Assembly (NCBI RefSeq): GCF_006345805.1
Contig: NC_043002.1
Location: 100,874,001 to 100,938,000 of the forward strand
From: Octopus sinensis
Lineage: Eukaryota
Length of the DNA stretch: 64,000 nucleotides
Direction of reading: 5' to 3'
How positions within the stretch are numbered: the stretch's first letter is position 1; each line of letters starts with the position of its first letter. The notes beneath the pieces are model-generated. The model was given only the letters and a program-made list of their open reading frames with translations. It was not told the origin of the DNA and did no database searches. Positions 1 through 14,300 of this stretch are shown here, piece after piece. The position numbers and the translations under genes are program-made.

Positions 1-1030
1 ACTCAATATGGTTGAATATCTGTGTAATATCATCTTCCGCCAAGTCAGTGAACTTTTCACAGTATTCTTCACTTAATTAATCCAGAACACCTGCATGTTC
101 ATCAACGGTTTCAAGCGGATGTTCGTGGTCATAAATAGCCTTAGCTAAATGAGGAAAGTGTACAGTTAAAATTTCATTTTAAAGGAAAAAATCTTTCAAA
201 ATAGAAAGTTTTTTTCGGAAATGCTTGAACTTTTGCCACGTCATAAATTTTGTTTTACCCTACAAACAAATATTCAAGTCATTTTGCTTTGGCATGATAT
301 ATCAAAGAAATACAGTATTTGTATAGAAATATTCATCTAATAATTCACATTGTTTATTCTGTTCCTAATAAATTTTATTATCTGTCCTTGCAAGTCAACA
401 CACTAGAGAGATACATCAAATGCACACCGAATACTTCATTGTCCAACCGCAGCACGTTATGTAAATAACGTAGCATTGTTGCATTGGTACGAATATAGTT
501 AACAATATAGTTAAAAAAGTAAATTTTGCTGATGATATATACGAGGAAAATTTATGAGAACATCTGGATCTAATACAACTTATCTAAGCAATAAATCTTT
601 TACGTTTTCCAGTCATGGAAGGAGTACCATCTGCACATATACAAGTGTGAATTTGCTCTGTTACATTGGGGGATAACTTATACTGCTGTTCAGTTATGGT
701 TCTCTTCGAAAGAGGTAATTGTTTATATTTTGAAATCTTATCGGAGTTTGAGCATGCTTTGACTTCAGTAATACACTGTTTCATAATTCCCACATCCCTG
801 AAAGGCTTACTTTTTTTCCTCAGTATAATAGCAACTGTACAAGTTGCTTCTGTGACATAATTTTCAGATTTCGGCACAGACTGAAATAGCTGTATTTGCT
901 TTTGTTTTCCATTCTTTAAATATTTGCAGACCAAAATTTCGTGTCTCTTCCTCTAAATTGAAATATTTATTATCTTTATGAGTCGTATAGAGTTGATGAG
1001 CATTAAGTGTTAATGTCGTTATCGCAATAT
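1..1030 (-). mobile_element. Degenerate hAT (Charlie/SPIN-like, GTF2IRD2/EPM2AIP1-type) transposase fragment
   Basis: ORF 584-934 reads KKSKPFRDVGIMKQCI...LSKRTIT...DGTPSMTGKRKRF, typical motifs of this transposase group; aligns to the second copy at 35.8-37.1 kb. Confidence 0.8.
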
Positions 1031-1462
1031 CACAAAGAAAACAAACCTTCTTAACTTTCCAAGGTACAAATTAATACTGCAGTCCCTAATCTTCATTAAT
1101 GACCCTGTTTTCTTCCTGCATTGTGGTCTTGGTCTTTTTTTTTACGTAAAAGTTTCCTTAGAATTTAAGAAATACGAATCTGCGATGATGCTGTGTAAGT
1201 ATTGTCCCTTTTAATAGAGAGTCACAATACATCACTGTCACAAGTGGACGAAACACTGTCATTCTGGAAAACCCTTCACCGTTGCAATCTAGCCCGGTTT
1301 CCAGATAGTGCTATTTGCATTATTAAATTTCTCATTTAGTTCTTGATATCATTATTTACTTTGCTGTCTTAAACAACGAAAACCAAGACCCCATATCAAA
1401 TATTCTTTTAGGACTACTACCACCTACTATCTATTGCCTACAACTAAGCCTTCACCAGTAAA

Positions 1463-1468
<6 letters not shown>

Positions 1469-1510
<42 letters not shown>
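1469..1510. repeat. (AG)n microsatellite
   Basis: Seen directly. Confidence 0.95.
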
Positions 1511-1513
<3 letters not shown>

Positions 1514-1619
1514 TAAAATGACAATTACAAAGAAAGAATGTAAAAGAAATATGGAAACTGATTTTATTAACTGAATTGTTTTCTACTCGAAGAACAAAAC
1601 CGGAAATTTTGGGGAAAGG

Positions 1620-1790
1620 TGCCAGTTGATGAGATCGACCCCAATACGCAACCGGTACTTAATTTATTGACGCCGAAAGGCAAAGTCGACCTCGGCGGAA
1701 TTTTGAACTCAGAACATAAAGACAGACGAAATACCGTTAAACTTGTCGCCTGGTGTGCTAACGATTTTGCCAGGTCGCCGCCTTGGATTT
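1620..1790 (-). mobile_element. tRNA-derived SINE (family 1), partial
   Basis: Reverse complement matches the copies at 20.2, 58.7 and 61.7 kb (AAGGCGGCGAGCTGGCAG...GAGTTCAAATTCCGCCGAGGTCGACTTTGCC). Confidence 0.8.
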
Positions 1791-1949
1791 TATTTACTGA
1801 ATTACCTTAAAGATGGAACGATATGTGCGCGGGGAAGACGATAGAGCGGGAAGGAGAATTCCCTTTCATTAAAACTTGAGGAATAACAATTTCTAGCATT
1901 TTCTCTCTCACTTCACTTCATTTAATATTTTTGGATACACGTTCACCAC

Positions 1950-3420
1950 TTTTTTTAATTTGCAGGTCTTTGCATTAGAAACATATCAAGATAAGCCTGC
2001 TTTTTCCTGCCTTCCAAAATGTTACGAAAATGCGCCAGAGCAGAGTCATTAAATTAAACAGCTGTACGATCTGTAGCTACTTTTACAGGATGATATTTAT
2101 CTACAAATTCAGAAACTTACTGCGACTTTGCAAACACTGCATGTATGTCACTCGGCATTCTCCGCTACACTCTCCTCGGCATTTCCCGCTTCACTGTCCT
2201 CCTTTGGGGAACCTATCTCTTCCACCGCATCCAAATGCTCCTGCTCCTGAAGCTGTAGGAGTTCATCTGTCGTCAGCTTCTCTGAGTGCTCCTCGATGAG
2301 ATCGTTAATGTTCCCCATCAACCTCGAGGCCCATGGACTTCCTATGAGAAACTATCTCCTCAACTACAGGTATCTCAGACTCAAACTCTTCGAAGACTTT
2401 TTCAGATACGCAGTTAGACCACTGTTTCCTCCATGCAGAATCCAGTGTTCTCGCTACACCCTGCCAGGCTATATCGATGATTTTCAGGCAGTATACAATG
2501 CTGCAGTGCTCCTTTCAAAACTCACGAAGGGTTAGATTTGTATTTCCGATGAATCCAAAGGACCGAGGAAACAGGTGTTTGGTATTCAACTTTTTAAAAT
2601 TAAAAATCACCTGTTGGCCTCTAGGCTGCAAGATAGGGGTAGTGTTGAGTGAAAGGTACGGAAAATAAATTTAAGAAGAATTGCCTGGTTACCCAGGGTT
2701 TAACGTTTGTCCTCCACATGACCTGCAGCTTCTCCTTCGGGACTTTGTGCGACTTGAACGCGCAGGGGTTTCGGAACGGTAAACAAGGAGTATCTTAATC
2801 TTCATGTCTCCACTCACATTGGCACGAAGGACGATATTTAGCCTGGAATTTTTTCTCGTCTAAAGATATGTATGTTCTGGTCATTTCTTTCCAAAAAAGG
2901 TCAGTTTCACCACAGTTGACTACCAGTTGTGTACCCCTCGGCTGCGATGAGCTGACGGAACTCACGCACGAAATCTTCAGCTGCTTTCGTGTCAGAACTC
3001 GCTGCCTCTGTATACTTGACGACGCTATGAACACCAGTCCTATTCTTTAAATTATGACAGCAGCCGTGACTGGTCTCATATGCGTCTGCTAATGTCTCCT
3101 CTGTTGATGTTCCAGGGTTCTTATTCAGGAGATTTCCATACAGCGCCCGTGCTTTCCCGCAGATGATGGTCTATGTAATCGTATCCTCTGCGAGTTGCTT
3201 CAGGAGATGCAATTTTCCCGTCCTTTCGTGGACAGAAGTGAGTTACTTAGAGAGCCTGGAGACAGACACCCTTTACTACTGTAACAGCCTTCATCTTGTC
3301 GTTTTTCTTCAAGATGGAGCAAAACGTCGATATGCTTCGGTCGAATTCCCGTGCTATCTCCACTGCAAGCACTCTTCTCATATTTATCTATGATTTCGTT
3401 CTACCAGGCTTAGTAAAAAG
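1950..3420 (-). mobile_element. Tigger/pogo DNA transposon relic
   Basis: Minus-strand translation gives TGVHSVV..EAASSDTKAAEDF, VVNCGETDLFWKEMTRTYIS, PILQP.GQQVI.NFKK and MGLEVD; many stops and frameshifts. Confidence 0.8.
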
Positions 3421-3429
3421 TAAGCAACG

Positions 3430-3850
3430 TTTTGAAACATGAAATTCATCACAATATATCTATACAATTCGGAAATTTTAGTCACCAAAGTAAGGACCAT
3501 TACAATCAACATAATTTTGCCAACGAGTTCCAAGTTTGTTCATTCTGGTAACATAAAAAGCTGGAGTTTCGGAGCTGATGAACTCTTTGAATTCACTTTC
3601 AGCATTGGTTTGATTTTTGAACTCCTTCTCTCTCAGGAAACCATCGGTAGAAGAAAACTCTGTGGAATAACCTGCGCGGGGAAGAACTTCTTAGCTAAAT
3701 TCCCTCGACATCTGGTGCGTCATTAGTGAAACATGTCGTCGGGCCTTGTCATAAAAAATGATTGGCCTTCTTCTGTTGACCGGTCTAGAATGGAGGAGTG
3801 GCAGTTTTTCGTTTATTTTGGCAATTTCATGGCAATATGATTCTTCAGTA
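3430..3850 (-). mobile_element. Mariner transposase C-terminal fragment
   Basis: Minus strand NRRRPIIFYDKARRHVS and FYVTRMNKLGTRWQNYVDCNGPY resemble mariner HDNARPH and the C-terminal RWQKC..NG.Y motif. Confidence 0.65.
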
Positions 3851-4789
3851 ATGTATTTTTCCGTGTTTTAAGAAGTTATAGTGGATGAGTCAAGCAGTGC
3901 ACCACCAAATAGTCAACATAACTTTCTTTTTGAAGAGCTCGGGCGTAGGGAAGGCTTTCGGTGTTTCAATTTGGTCCAGCAAGTGTTAAAACGTATAGTT
4001 TTTCAAGCACTTCATGCTTTTTTAGTATTAGCGAAGGAAGAAGGAGTTTAGCGAAGCGGGGGCGTGTGTGAGTGCGTTGCAAGTTTTTGTGTCGGTCCGT
4101 GCTTGTATTACGCGACTTGAAATATCAGTTGGAAAGATTAATTATTGTCTTGAGCAATTGTTGATCCACGGATGAATAATTAAAGGACAGCTGTAAAGCA
4201 CAGAGGAAATGATGGTATGTGTGCGAGGTGTGCATTCTAGAACAGGTATGGGGTTTTATGTGGGTTTACGGTAGAGAATAAGTGCAATTTATTACGTGTG
4301 TGTCTATGCGAATGGGTGTACGTGAAACAGAGAGCCGGTATGTCTGGGTAGATACATCATATCATTAGAGTGTAAGACATTATGTATGTGTGGACGTGTT
4401 GGTGTATGTAGAGGCGGTAGTCAGGTGGAGAACAGGTTGTATGCGTATGCATGTGTGTAAGCGATAGCTGTGAGGATGTGCTGGGCAGTGGCGTCTGTGT
4501 GTTTGGGTATTGGATGTAAGTGATAGTATGGTGATGAGATAAAGTTGGTCGGTGGAGCATCGGTCTGAGTGGGGTACGATGGATGGTATACTGAAAACAA
4601 GGGGCAGTTGAAGAAAAAGAAAGGCTGAAGATTGACTTGGTGGCATTGAAGAATACCGGTAAGGGTCACATGAATGATCGGCAGAGCGAAAGTAAATGTT
4701 GCGTGTTAATCAAATTTTTGTTGTTACGGTTTCTAACAAGCATAAAGATCACAGTATATATAGGAAAAACAAAACAAAAAGAAACTGAA

Positions 4790-4905
4790 GAATTGGCTCT
4801 GAAACTAGTTTATTACATTAGTTACTTAAATGAGTTTATTCCTCATCAATTTATTGTAAACTGGTTTGGCGTTGGTTTCGGTTTTCAACTGGTCAGTCTC
4901 TCTAG
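4790..4905 (-). other. Gene A exon 5: last coding base, TAG stop (4904-4902) and 3'UTR with AATAAA
   Basis: Acceptor tttatAG at 4907-4906; AATAAA at 4814-4809 followed by a T-rich tract; paralogous exons with the same acceptor and AATAAA lie downstream of B and C; 3' end position approximate. Confidence 0.7.
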
Positions 4906-5199
4906 CTATAAAAGTGAAGATATACAAAACTTTTACTTATATACAAGAACAAATATTTCCAAATATAATTGTCAAGAGATGTTAATTATAAAGTAAAGAT
5001 TTTAATAGAATATAAATAAAACCTTTGCAACTTTACAGTCATTCAACAATACAATTAGAATGTGCTGAGTTCGATTGCCCAGGGAGGTATGAGACAGAGT
5101 AATCGCGCTGACAAAGCAAAATGTATTTATTTATTTTTCCGGTTTAATATATAGACAAATAGAAACGCATAAACAAATATGGATCCTTATGTAGAGACA

Positions 5200-6600
5200 C
5201 CCATTTTGATTAAGATGTACTGGGTAAAAATCTTCCAAAAGCACTATTCAATCTGATCGGGATGAGTTTTAACAGGTGCACCACTTTTGCGCGTCTTCTC
5301 TTGCTAATTATGTGTATTAAGATGGTAGTCTGTAACAATAAATTTTCATTGCAAATGGATCGTCGTCGTGGCAAAGTTTGAAATAAGCTGTTAGAGTAGT
5401 TTCTTTAGGAACCAATGACTGTTGAGCGGCGATTGCAGCTGTGATATAGAGACGTTGCTCATTTTTCAGACAAACAGCCGACTGTTGAATGTTTGCTCTT
5501 CAAAGGCAGGATGTTTATGATAAAGTCTGTATATATGAATATGGTAGAAACCTTCAGCATCAATAAAGCATTTTGGAGAATATTCAGATTTCCAATATAT
5601 GAACAATAACGGTCCTGTAATGGAAGTGCAAGTATTCTCCAAAATGCTTCCTTTCTGCTGATGCATCTACCTTGCTTTCATATATTCTGACTTCATCTTG
5701 AACATCCTGTCTCTGTAGAGCAAACATTGCAGTATCGGATCCTTTGTTGACATATTTGCAAACATATTTTATGGATTTCACCCGAGTTGTAAAATTCAAA
5801 ATTGATATGAACATTAGATATTTTGAGTAACAATGGGTTATATGGAACAGTCCACCTATTGCCAATTTGAAATTGTCCAACTTTTGTTTGAGAATCTAAT
5901 TCTCAAGGATTCCTTCTTTTTTAAGTTACATATCTATCGTTGAGTGTCTTTCAAACATGATAGCCTTTCAAAGAACTTCGTTGATATTTCTCTGTGGTAT
6001 CTATTGTCGTGCATACAGGGTCAATTATTGTTAAGAGCTCCACATGGGCCATGTACCATTTGAATCTTAACTATTTCATACAATGCTTTGTCTTTAGATG
6101 GATTGGGTAGATTTGCAGATATTATTCTGTCAATTTGGTCAGAATGAATTTTTTCATGAAGCCAAATAAGAATGAATGCATGAGGTTACTGCCATTCAGT
6201 TGTGTGCGTATGACAACTGATCGGTCCAAAGATATTTCCCTTTGTCATGACATCCATCACTTTCAACACTTTCTGTCTGGAAGACCTATGAGTGAGGTGG
6301 TATATATTTACATGTGTTTGACCTGGAAGCAATCCATTTTGAATCTCTTTCCACTTCGGAATACATTTCAGAGTTATGAATAGGTCTGATCTACCAACGT
6401 TCCTAATATATGTCATGGCACATATCTGGGTCTACCAATAAACATGAGTGGAAGGATGGACAATTTCTCAATGTCTTCATCAGCAATTTTGTTATCGATG
6501 TCATCACGTAAATTAATGTATGACTCAGATCTTAATTCTTTCCGGTAGGGTTTTATGAATACTAACCATTCCGCTTGTTGTCTTCTTTTTTAAAAAAGCA
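5200..6600 (-). mobile_element. Helitron Rep-domain fragment
   Basis: MTYIRNVGRSDLFITLKCIPKWKEI...LLPGQ and KSIKYVCKYVNKGSD are Helitron RepHel motifs. Confidence 0.85.
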
Positions 6601-6849
6601 ATGTGGTTGATGGCAGCCAACCTCAATCCAAATCCAATCCAGTCAAAATGAATGGGAGATCATCCACGATTTAAAAAACAATAATGATGTCATAATGAAG
6701 GGAGGGATTAAGGGAAGTACTGCTTTCATTGTGAATAATAAATACTAAAACAATTCTGTCTCTCACCTCTTAGAAGATACTACTCACCATGAAAGTATAG
6801 ACAACAACCAGCAAAATCAACGATCAAATTAAACGCACCCGTTTTCTAA

Positions 6850-7960
6850 AATCAAAAAGTAAGGAAAAGAATGTGCCCATTTAACACATGCTAAATGCAA
6901 AACCAGCAACCTCTGCGGACATCCGAAAATCCACAGGAGCAAAATGATTAACAAAGCTTGCAAAAGTGCACCTCCACCTACGTCAATGCACCACATCCCA
7001 CTGACTTCAAACTGAGACCAATTGTGGCAGACCAAAATTGTGAAGCACACAGTTTAAGCAATTTTATAGACATACTGCTAAAACTAATTGTCAAACACAT
7101 ACTAAGTATTATATGAGATGACCAGGATTTTCTAAACCACCTCCCCAAACAGGCCAGCAGGGACATTTTCATCTTCTCTTTTGATGCGATAAAACTCTAC
7201 GCTACTATTCCACACTAATACGGACAGGAAGCAATACAATACTGTCTGGGAAAATATTCCAGTATGATTCCGGGAAGAATAGAAAAGATCTTATCCTCGA
7301 GGGACCTAAGTTCATTTTGCAAAAGAACTATTTTAACTTTAACGATAAAACCTATAAATAGATATCAGGGACTCTGATGGGTATAAAAGTTGCTCCAAAT
7401 TACGCTAATATAGTTATGGCTTACCTAGAAGTTGAAAATATATGAACAGTCAAAATTAAAATACGGCCTGAATTTCTACAAGTGTTTGAAAATTGGAAGC
7501 GCTACTTGGATGACTGCCTCATTCTATGGTCTCACACATTCGACCAACTCAATGAAATCAAAGACCTAATAAACAGCTTCAATAATTATATACAATTCAC
7601 AATGGAATATAGTCAAGACAAACTGCCATTTCTAGATAACTTAATCATAAAAATGACAAAAACGTTGAAGCTGATGTCCTCTACAAACCGACTGATTCTA
7701 AGCAATATTTTCTGTTTACCTCCAACCACATGAAGATAATCATTCCTTTTGATCTAGTGAGAAGAATTTGTACAGTTGTCTCAAATTATGACGCGCGCGA
7801 GAAAAGACTCCAAGAATTAAATGGAATTCTAATGGAAAGATAGTACCCATCATCATTAATTTTTAATGGAATAGGACGGGCTAAGGGCAATCGACAACCA
7901 AAATACATACCACAGTTAAACCTACTCTTATATCTTAAAAAATATATTGGACTATCGAAC
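6850..7960 (+). mobile_element. Penelope-like retroelement RT fragment (degenerate)
   Basis: Translates to IVADQNCEAHSLSNFIDILLK, DD.DFLNHLP, FD..KLY..IPH and WKRYLDDC, i.e. Penelope RT motifs. Confidence 0.8.
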
Positions 7961-8059
7961 GGTGTCGGAGCAACTCGGTTATAGTCTAATTCCTATACAC
8001 ACGCACACCACCTACACGCATTCACAAACACATATTCGTGCGGTAACCCCCAACTTTAA

Positions 8060-8504
<445 letters not shown>

Positions 8505-9249
8505 TACCAGATACTGCCGTCGTCGACAGGGGTCAAAACAGCTGCCAAACGTGTACTATGAATTTTGAAGTTTACTCATTTCGATTGTGGTGAACATAAA
8601 TAAGAAATGGGTATTAACTTTCGTGTAGGAGAGCGAGCTCTATCTTTCTGGCAAACATATTAGAGATGACTATGGTATTCCATGCTTTTCTTTCGGAGCA
8701 GCCTTAGTCACATGTCTGAAACAAAAGAATAAAATATAAGATGCTGCACCAGTATGACCGCAGCCGACTTCGGCTTTCTGAAACGAGTAAAAGAGTAATG
8801 TATATAGACTGTACAAAATACAATATATAAATCATTCTAAATTTTGGATATAAATTTTCCCCTGAACCTTTAATACCCATTTAGATCTTACTCTGACCTC
8901 CTTTGTCTTCTATTTTAGGACCCTTTCAACTGACAATATTAAAATAGTTTATGTCACCATCACCCTCCCTATTTCTGGGGATAAACACCTATCTTACTGA
9001 CATCTTCTGAGACTTGTTCCTTAATGTGGCCATACCGAATTTATAGCCACAGTATATTAAGGGTAGGGAAGAATATCTGGCATTAATTAATTCATGATCA
9101 GCAGCAAGAACTTAACTCTTAATTTCCCGTTGTTTTAATTCTTAGTGGACGTGGAAAATTAGCTGCATTAGAGCTTTTGATGGTGATAAGGAGATAGATA
9201 AATGTAGCAATGTTACCATCTCATGATCCCCATTATGATTCTCTTCTCT

Positions 9250-9675
9250 TTTCTTTACTACCCACAAGGGGCTAAACGCAGAGAGGACAAACGAGGACAG
9301 ACAAACGAGGACAGACAAACGAGGACAGACAAACGGATTAAGTCGATTATATCGACCCCAGTGCGTAACTGGTACTTAATTTATGAACTGAAAGGCAAAG
9401 TCGACGTCGGCGGAATGAACCGTAGCGGCCGACGAAATACCTATTTCTTTACTACCCACAAGGGGCTAAACACCGAGAGAACAAACAAGGACAGACAAAC
9501 GGATTAAGTCGATTATATCGACCTCAGTGCGTAACTGGTACTTAATTTATCGACCCGGAAAGGATGAAAGGCAAAGTCGACCTCGGCGGAATTTGAACCT
9601 AGAACGTAACGGCAGACGAAATACGGCTACGCATTTCGCCCGGCGTGCTAACGTTTCTGCCATCTCGTTGCCTTG
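9250..9675 (-). mobile_element. Two tandem family-1 SINE copies
   Basis: Two successive units with GGATTAAGTCGATTATATCGACC and AAAGGCAAAGTCGAC; mirrored at 61657-62070. Confidence 0.85.
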
Positions 9676-10110
9676 AAGAAGGCGTTCGCCACTCCAAATT
9701 ATGGTTGGGATATTTTCTCCCTATGTTCAATCTGCTATGATAATAGGAAGAAGCATGTAGTTATTTTACTCTCTAGTTCTGATGAAAAATTGGCTAAGAA
9801 AAACTATAATGGAATATCCTGTATATTGAAAATATAGCAGCAGTCATGATCTACTTGAGAAATAGTAAACAGTGTGATATGGGCTTCTCTGACAAACAAA
9901 AAGACAAGCACATTATAAATTTTTTAAAAAAAAGGTATTTTAAATGTATTTTTAATGTTCAACTCGAAATCCTCAGATTTGTATCTTCACTTCAAAGTTT
10001 GAGCTAAATTTAGAACAGAAGAGGAAATGTTGCAAAAAGGTCAACGCAACAATGATATTGAGAAAATGTAATATATGAAGTAATTTTAATAGCTTCACAT
10101 AAATACTCAC

Positions 10111-10261
10111 AGAGGTGAACATTTTCCGAGAAATTTCTTTTCGGCTCTAACGTCTGTTTTTCCTTTATAGTCGCAGGTGTAAGACCAGCAAGACCCGCCG
10201 GCCCTGATGACACTCCATTTTGTACTTTTAGCAACACATCCACCATCATCCCACTTACAAT
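10111..10261 (-). CDS. Gene A exon 4, second Cys-rich domain: (Y)CKWDDGGCVAKSTKWSVIRAGGSCWSYTCDYKGKTDVRAEKKFLGKCSP(L)
   Basis: Acceptor ttttcttatcaacaacAG, donor CT/GTGAGT, 151 nt open in phase 1 to 2; same framework in B, C and D. Confidence 0.85.
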
Positions 10262-10364
10262 CTGTTGTTGATAAGAAAATATATTAATTATTCTATTAAA
10301 ACTATTTTTATGACATAATTATGCCTACACTAGTCTAAGACTTTGGCAAAATATCAGCAATTTC

Positions 10365-10535
10365 AGGGGGACTATGAAATCGATTACAATAACTCTAATG
10401 TTTAATTGGGACTTATTTTATCGACCTGGAAGGGATCGAATGCAAAATCTAAGAGAAATTTAAATTCTTGTCAGAAAGGTAGAAAAAATTCCGATAAGTG
10501 AATATGCCCGACGTGCTAACAATTTTGCCCTCTCA
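10365..10535 (-). mobile_element. Ancient family-1 SINE in intron 3, shared by paralogs A, B and C
   Basis: Same decayed SINE at the same distance from exon 4 at about 47285-47470 and 58085-58250. Confidence 0.7.
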
Positions 10536-11876
10536 TCGTTTCAATTAGTGATATCCTGGTATATATGTTTATTTAACGTAAATTATTATTCACTTTTTTA
10601 TATTGAGTTCATATTCCTAAATCGGAATAAAGTAAAATAATCGTTTTCATACCTTGTATGCAATCAAAGTACGTGTGATCACTTTAATTTGGTACAAGAG
10701 AATTAGCATTTTACTACATCATTTATATGGTATATTAAATTCTGATAATTCTAAACATTTATTCTTTAAATATTTAAACGTACTATTCACTTCTTAATAT
10801 ATTTTTATAATTTATAATTTTTATATACACTTACTTGTAGGTTTTGTTAATAATTTTTAACTTTCTATATTTTATCCCAATCCTGTCCTTCTGCAGTCCC
10901 CTTTATAGGGCTGTTCTATCTTTATTCCTTCTTAACTATCATTTATCACTCACTTTGTCCCATCAACTCCTCTATTAATAAAATATTAGCAATTTATTGC
11001 ATAACTTATATAATATTTTACTTCTACTAATTATAATCTTCTTTTCTTAATTCTTAATCTTAACACTATATATTTTACGCCAGTTTCTTTCTATTCTGTA
11101 ATTAATTCGGAATTTATTTTTCCAATATTTTCCTTATTCCTCTATTTCCTGTATTTTATTTATCTTCAATTCACCTAAGCTATATTCGTTCAAAACGATC
11201 AGAGTTTGTAACTTTCTTGGCCATCTTTGTCTTCGATTCTAAATTCTACTTTACTGCTTTAACTCTTCAGGGCACACGCACCCCATTAACATTCTCCCTT
11301 TTTTGATTTCATTTTCCCTTTTATGTCTCACCATATCACATTCTAAGTCCACCAGGATACGTCCGCTGCTAACAAGTAGTTTACGGCATTCTCCTACTAT
11401 CAACATCATCCTCTCCCAACACGTATCACAAATGTCATTATTCTTATAATTTTTAGTTCTTCTAAATATCCTCTCACTATACTTATTTGTTGTCTTTGTA
11501 ATCAGTTTTGTCCGTCGTTTCTTGTGTCTGCCTAACGTTATCTCTAGAGGTAAATTAAAATAATTATATACCCCTGAAATGGTATTTGGTACCGGTGAGG
11601 ATGTTGTACAGACTGACCGTTCTGAGAATATTTTTTAAAAAATTTTCTCTGATATAAGCAAAACAAAAAGTAAAAGAAGAAAATGATTGGAAGACATGCA
11701 ATGTAAGAGTGCATTATTGATGAAAGTCTGATGAAGTGCCACACTAATGTCTAAAAGCGCTATTACTACGTAAATCTCCATTTCGATTATCGCTTAAGCT
11801 GGAGTCGCAAAGAGAGTTGGTACAGAAACAATTGTAGCGAAACAGTGATCACTTGTTGAAAGATTGCTTCAACTTA

Positions 11877-12165
<289 letters not shown>

Positions 12166-12169
12166 CATG

Positions 12170-12725
12170 GTGGCTGTCCTCTCGTTATTGAGTATGGCCA
12201 TTGCACGAAGCTTAATCAATGTTGTTATCGTGCAATGCCTGCGCAAGAAGATATTTTTTTTAAGTGAGGAAAGACTGTGCACTGAGTCAATCCCACTCAC
12301 TAAGCAACAGCAGCCATAATCCCAAAAGAAGAACAAGTCAACATAATCGGTACACACTGAGCCGCAGGTTTTATGTCGGAGTTATCCCAGTTACCTGAGT
12401 TGCCTTCTCCTAGAAGGATGCCCTAACAAAGGCTAGGAGTCCTTCACTCCCGATGGTTTAACTGCGCGATCGGGTATTCAATCCGATTATTTATATGTCC
12501 CCGCGCATGATACAGCTTTAAGACATTTATTGGATGGCCGTTGACTCTCAAGAGTTCCTCCGCCCTTTGACGGGTTTTGTTTTTCATCCCGCAGGGTGAC
12601 CAATAAACACCCTCCTCACCAAGCGAGCTTAGTGGGGTTGCCGGTTTAGTCGCCGACGACCCGACCATGCAAAAGGGAGTACTGGGTTACATGTTACCAG
12701 TAGCACTCGAAAGTGACCTGACATA
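12170..12725 (-). mobile_element. RTE-BovB-like LINE 5'UTR without ORF
   Basis: Reverse complement of 30866-31530, which leads into an RTE endonuclease ORF. Confidence 0.75.
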
Positions 12726-12749
12726 CATACATACATACATACACATTTT

Positions 12750-13920
12750 TTGTAGTTTCAGCTCAAAGCTGCGGGGCACCACCGTTTTGCTACACTGTTA
12801 TTATTGAGAGCCTTCTCTAATATGTGACATGTAGTGAATAAGAGTGATTGATGTCACTACCTTCATTTGAACCCCTTGCCGCGAGGTAGGTTCACCTAGG
12901 ACACTCAAAAGGAAGAGGTCCAGTTTTGATCTGAAGTACCTACATCCACTTTGTGTAGGTCCCTCACACTCTTTGGGAGAATATTAAAAAGCTGTTGGCC
13001 CCTGAAACCCAGGCTGTTGCAGTAACTGGTCCTGAAGCGTGATGGCGTTGCTGCCATTTTGGCACTCTGCACTTTCGACTCGTTCTCTGCATTGGTGTAG
13101 CTTTGAATGACAAAATTTGGCACAATTCCTTCAAGGATCTTCCAGATGTATATTATTGTATACCTCACCCACCTTCGCTCCAGGGAGTGGAGTCTTAGCT
13201 GTTTCAGGCTTTCTCAATAGCTGAACTCTCGCAACGAGACGATCTACTTTGTGAAGCTTCGCTGGATTGCGTCAAGGCCTGCTGTAATTTTACACTGTTG
13301 GGTGACCGTAGTTGGGAGCAATAGTGCAGGCAGCTGAGGACGAATGTCCTCCAGAGAATAATCACGGTTTCCTTCTCTCTGTTTCTCAACGTTCTCAGGT
13401 TCCATCCAGCCAGTCGTCTGCAATTTGTCACCATGCTGGGAATGTGGACTTGGAAAGAAGTATCATCATTCATGTCGTACCCATGTCCCTCGCTGATTTG
13501 GGCCCTGGGATTGTAATTCCCTGTGTACCAGTCTACCCTGTCAGTATTATATTCGGTTTTGGACGTTGGTAGTGCAGGGCTTGGAATTTTTCAGCACTAA
13601 ACTGCATATTATTGTCTTCAGCCCATCTGTAAATTGCCTCCAACTTCTGCTGCAGGTGTGCAACATCGCTGGTATTCTGTATTTTCTGTGAGACTTTTCT
13701 CTGATATAAGCGTATCGTCTGCGTAGGTAACAAGGATGGCTATCCGGGCAGTTGAACGCATATCGGAGAGGGCCACTATGAAAAGTAGTGGTCGCAAGAC
13801 AGTGCCCTCTAGAACACCGCTGAATATTTGTGTTTTCTTTGAGGTGGTTCCGTTGGCCTCCACTGCCTGACTTCTTTCAGAAAGTCATGTAACCTAACCA
13901 CTCTTCAAGTTTTCCAGCTA
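12750..13920 (-). mobile_element. CR1-clade LINE, 3' part of RT (5'-truncated, degenerate)
   Basis: [52 protein letters not shown]. Confidence 0.85.
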
Positions 13921-14074
13921 TGTATATATATATATATATAATTTTTAGTGAGACACAACTGCATCAATGTACCTGATGAGACCCAGACTGCAAGGACGAT
14001 GCAACAGAATCTTTTGAATGCAGTCACACACATAAAGTTTAATATCAAAATCCTTCTTGTCGTTAGTTAATTAA

Positions 14075-14076
14075 TA

Positions 14077-14166
<90 letters not shown>

Positions 14167-14300
14167 ATACATATATATACATATATATATACATATATAT
14201 ATATATGTACATATATATATACATATATATATATGTATATATATATATGTATGTATATTTATGTATATATATTTATATATTATGTATATATATACATATA
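14075..14300. repeat. (TA)n/(TG)n compound microsatellite
   Basis: Seen directly. Confidence 0.95.

Noticed and set aside
10010-10249. 79-aa ORF MMVDVLLKVQ... and its twin at 61087-61326 as real proteins
   Set aside because: They are off-frame readings across exon 4. The frame conserved in all four paralogs is the Cys-rich one bounded by splice sites.
13965-14010. Additional hammerheads at about 13970, 25250 and 34430
   Set aside because: Only partial cores (missing GAAA or CUGANGA, or no stem I/III pairing)
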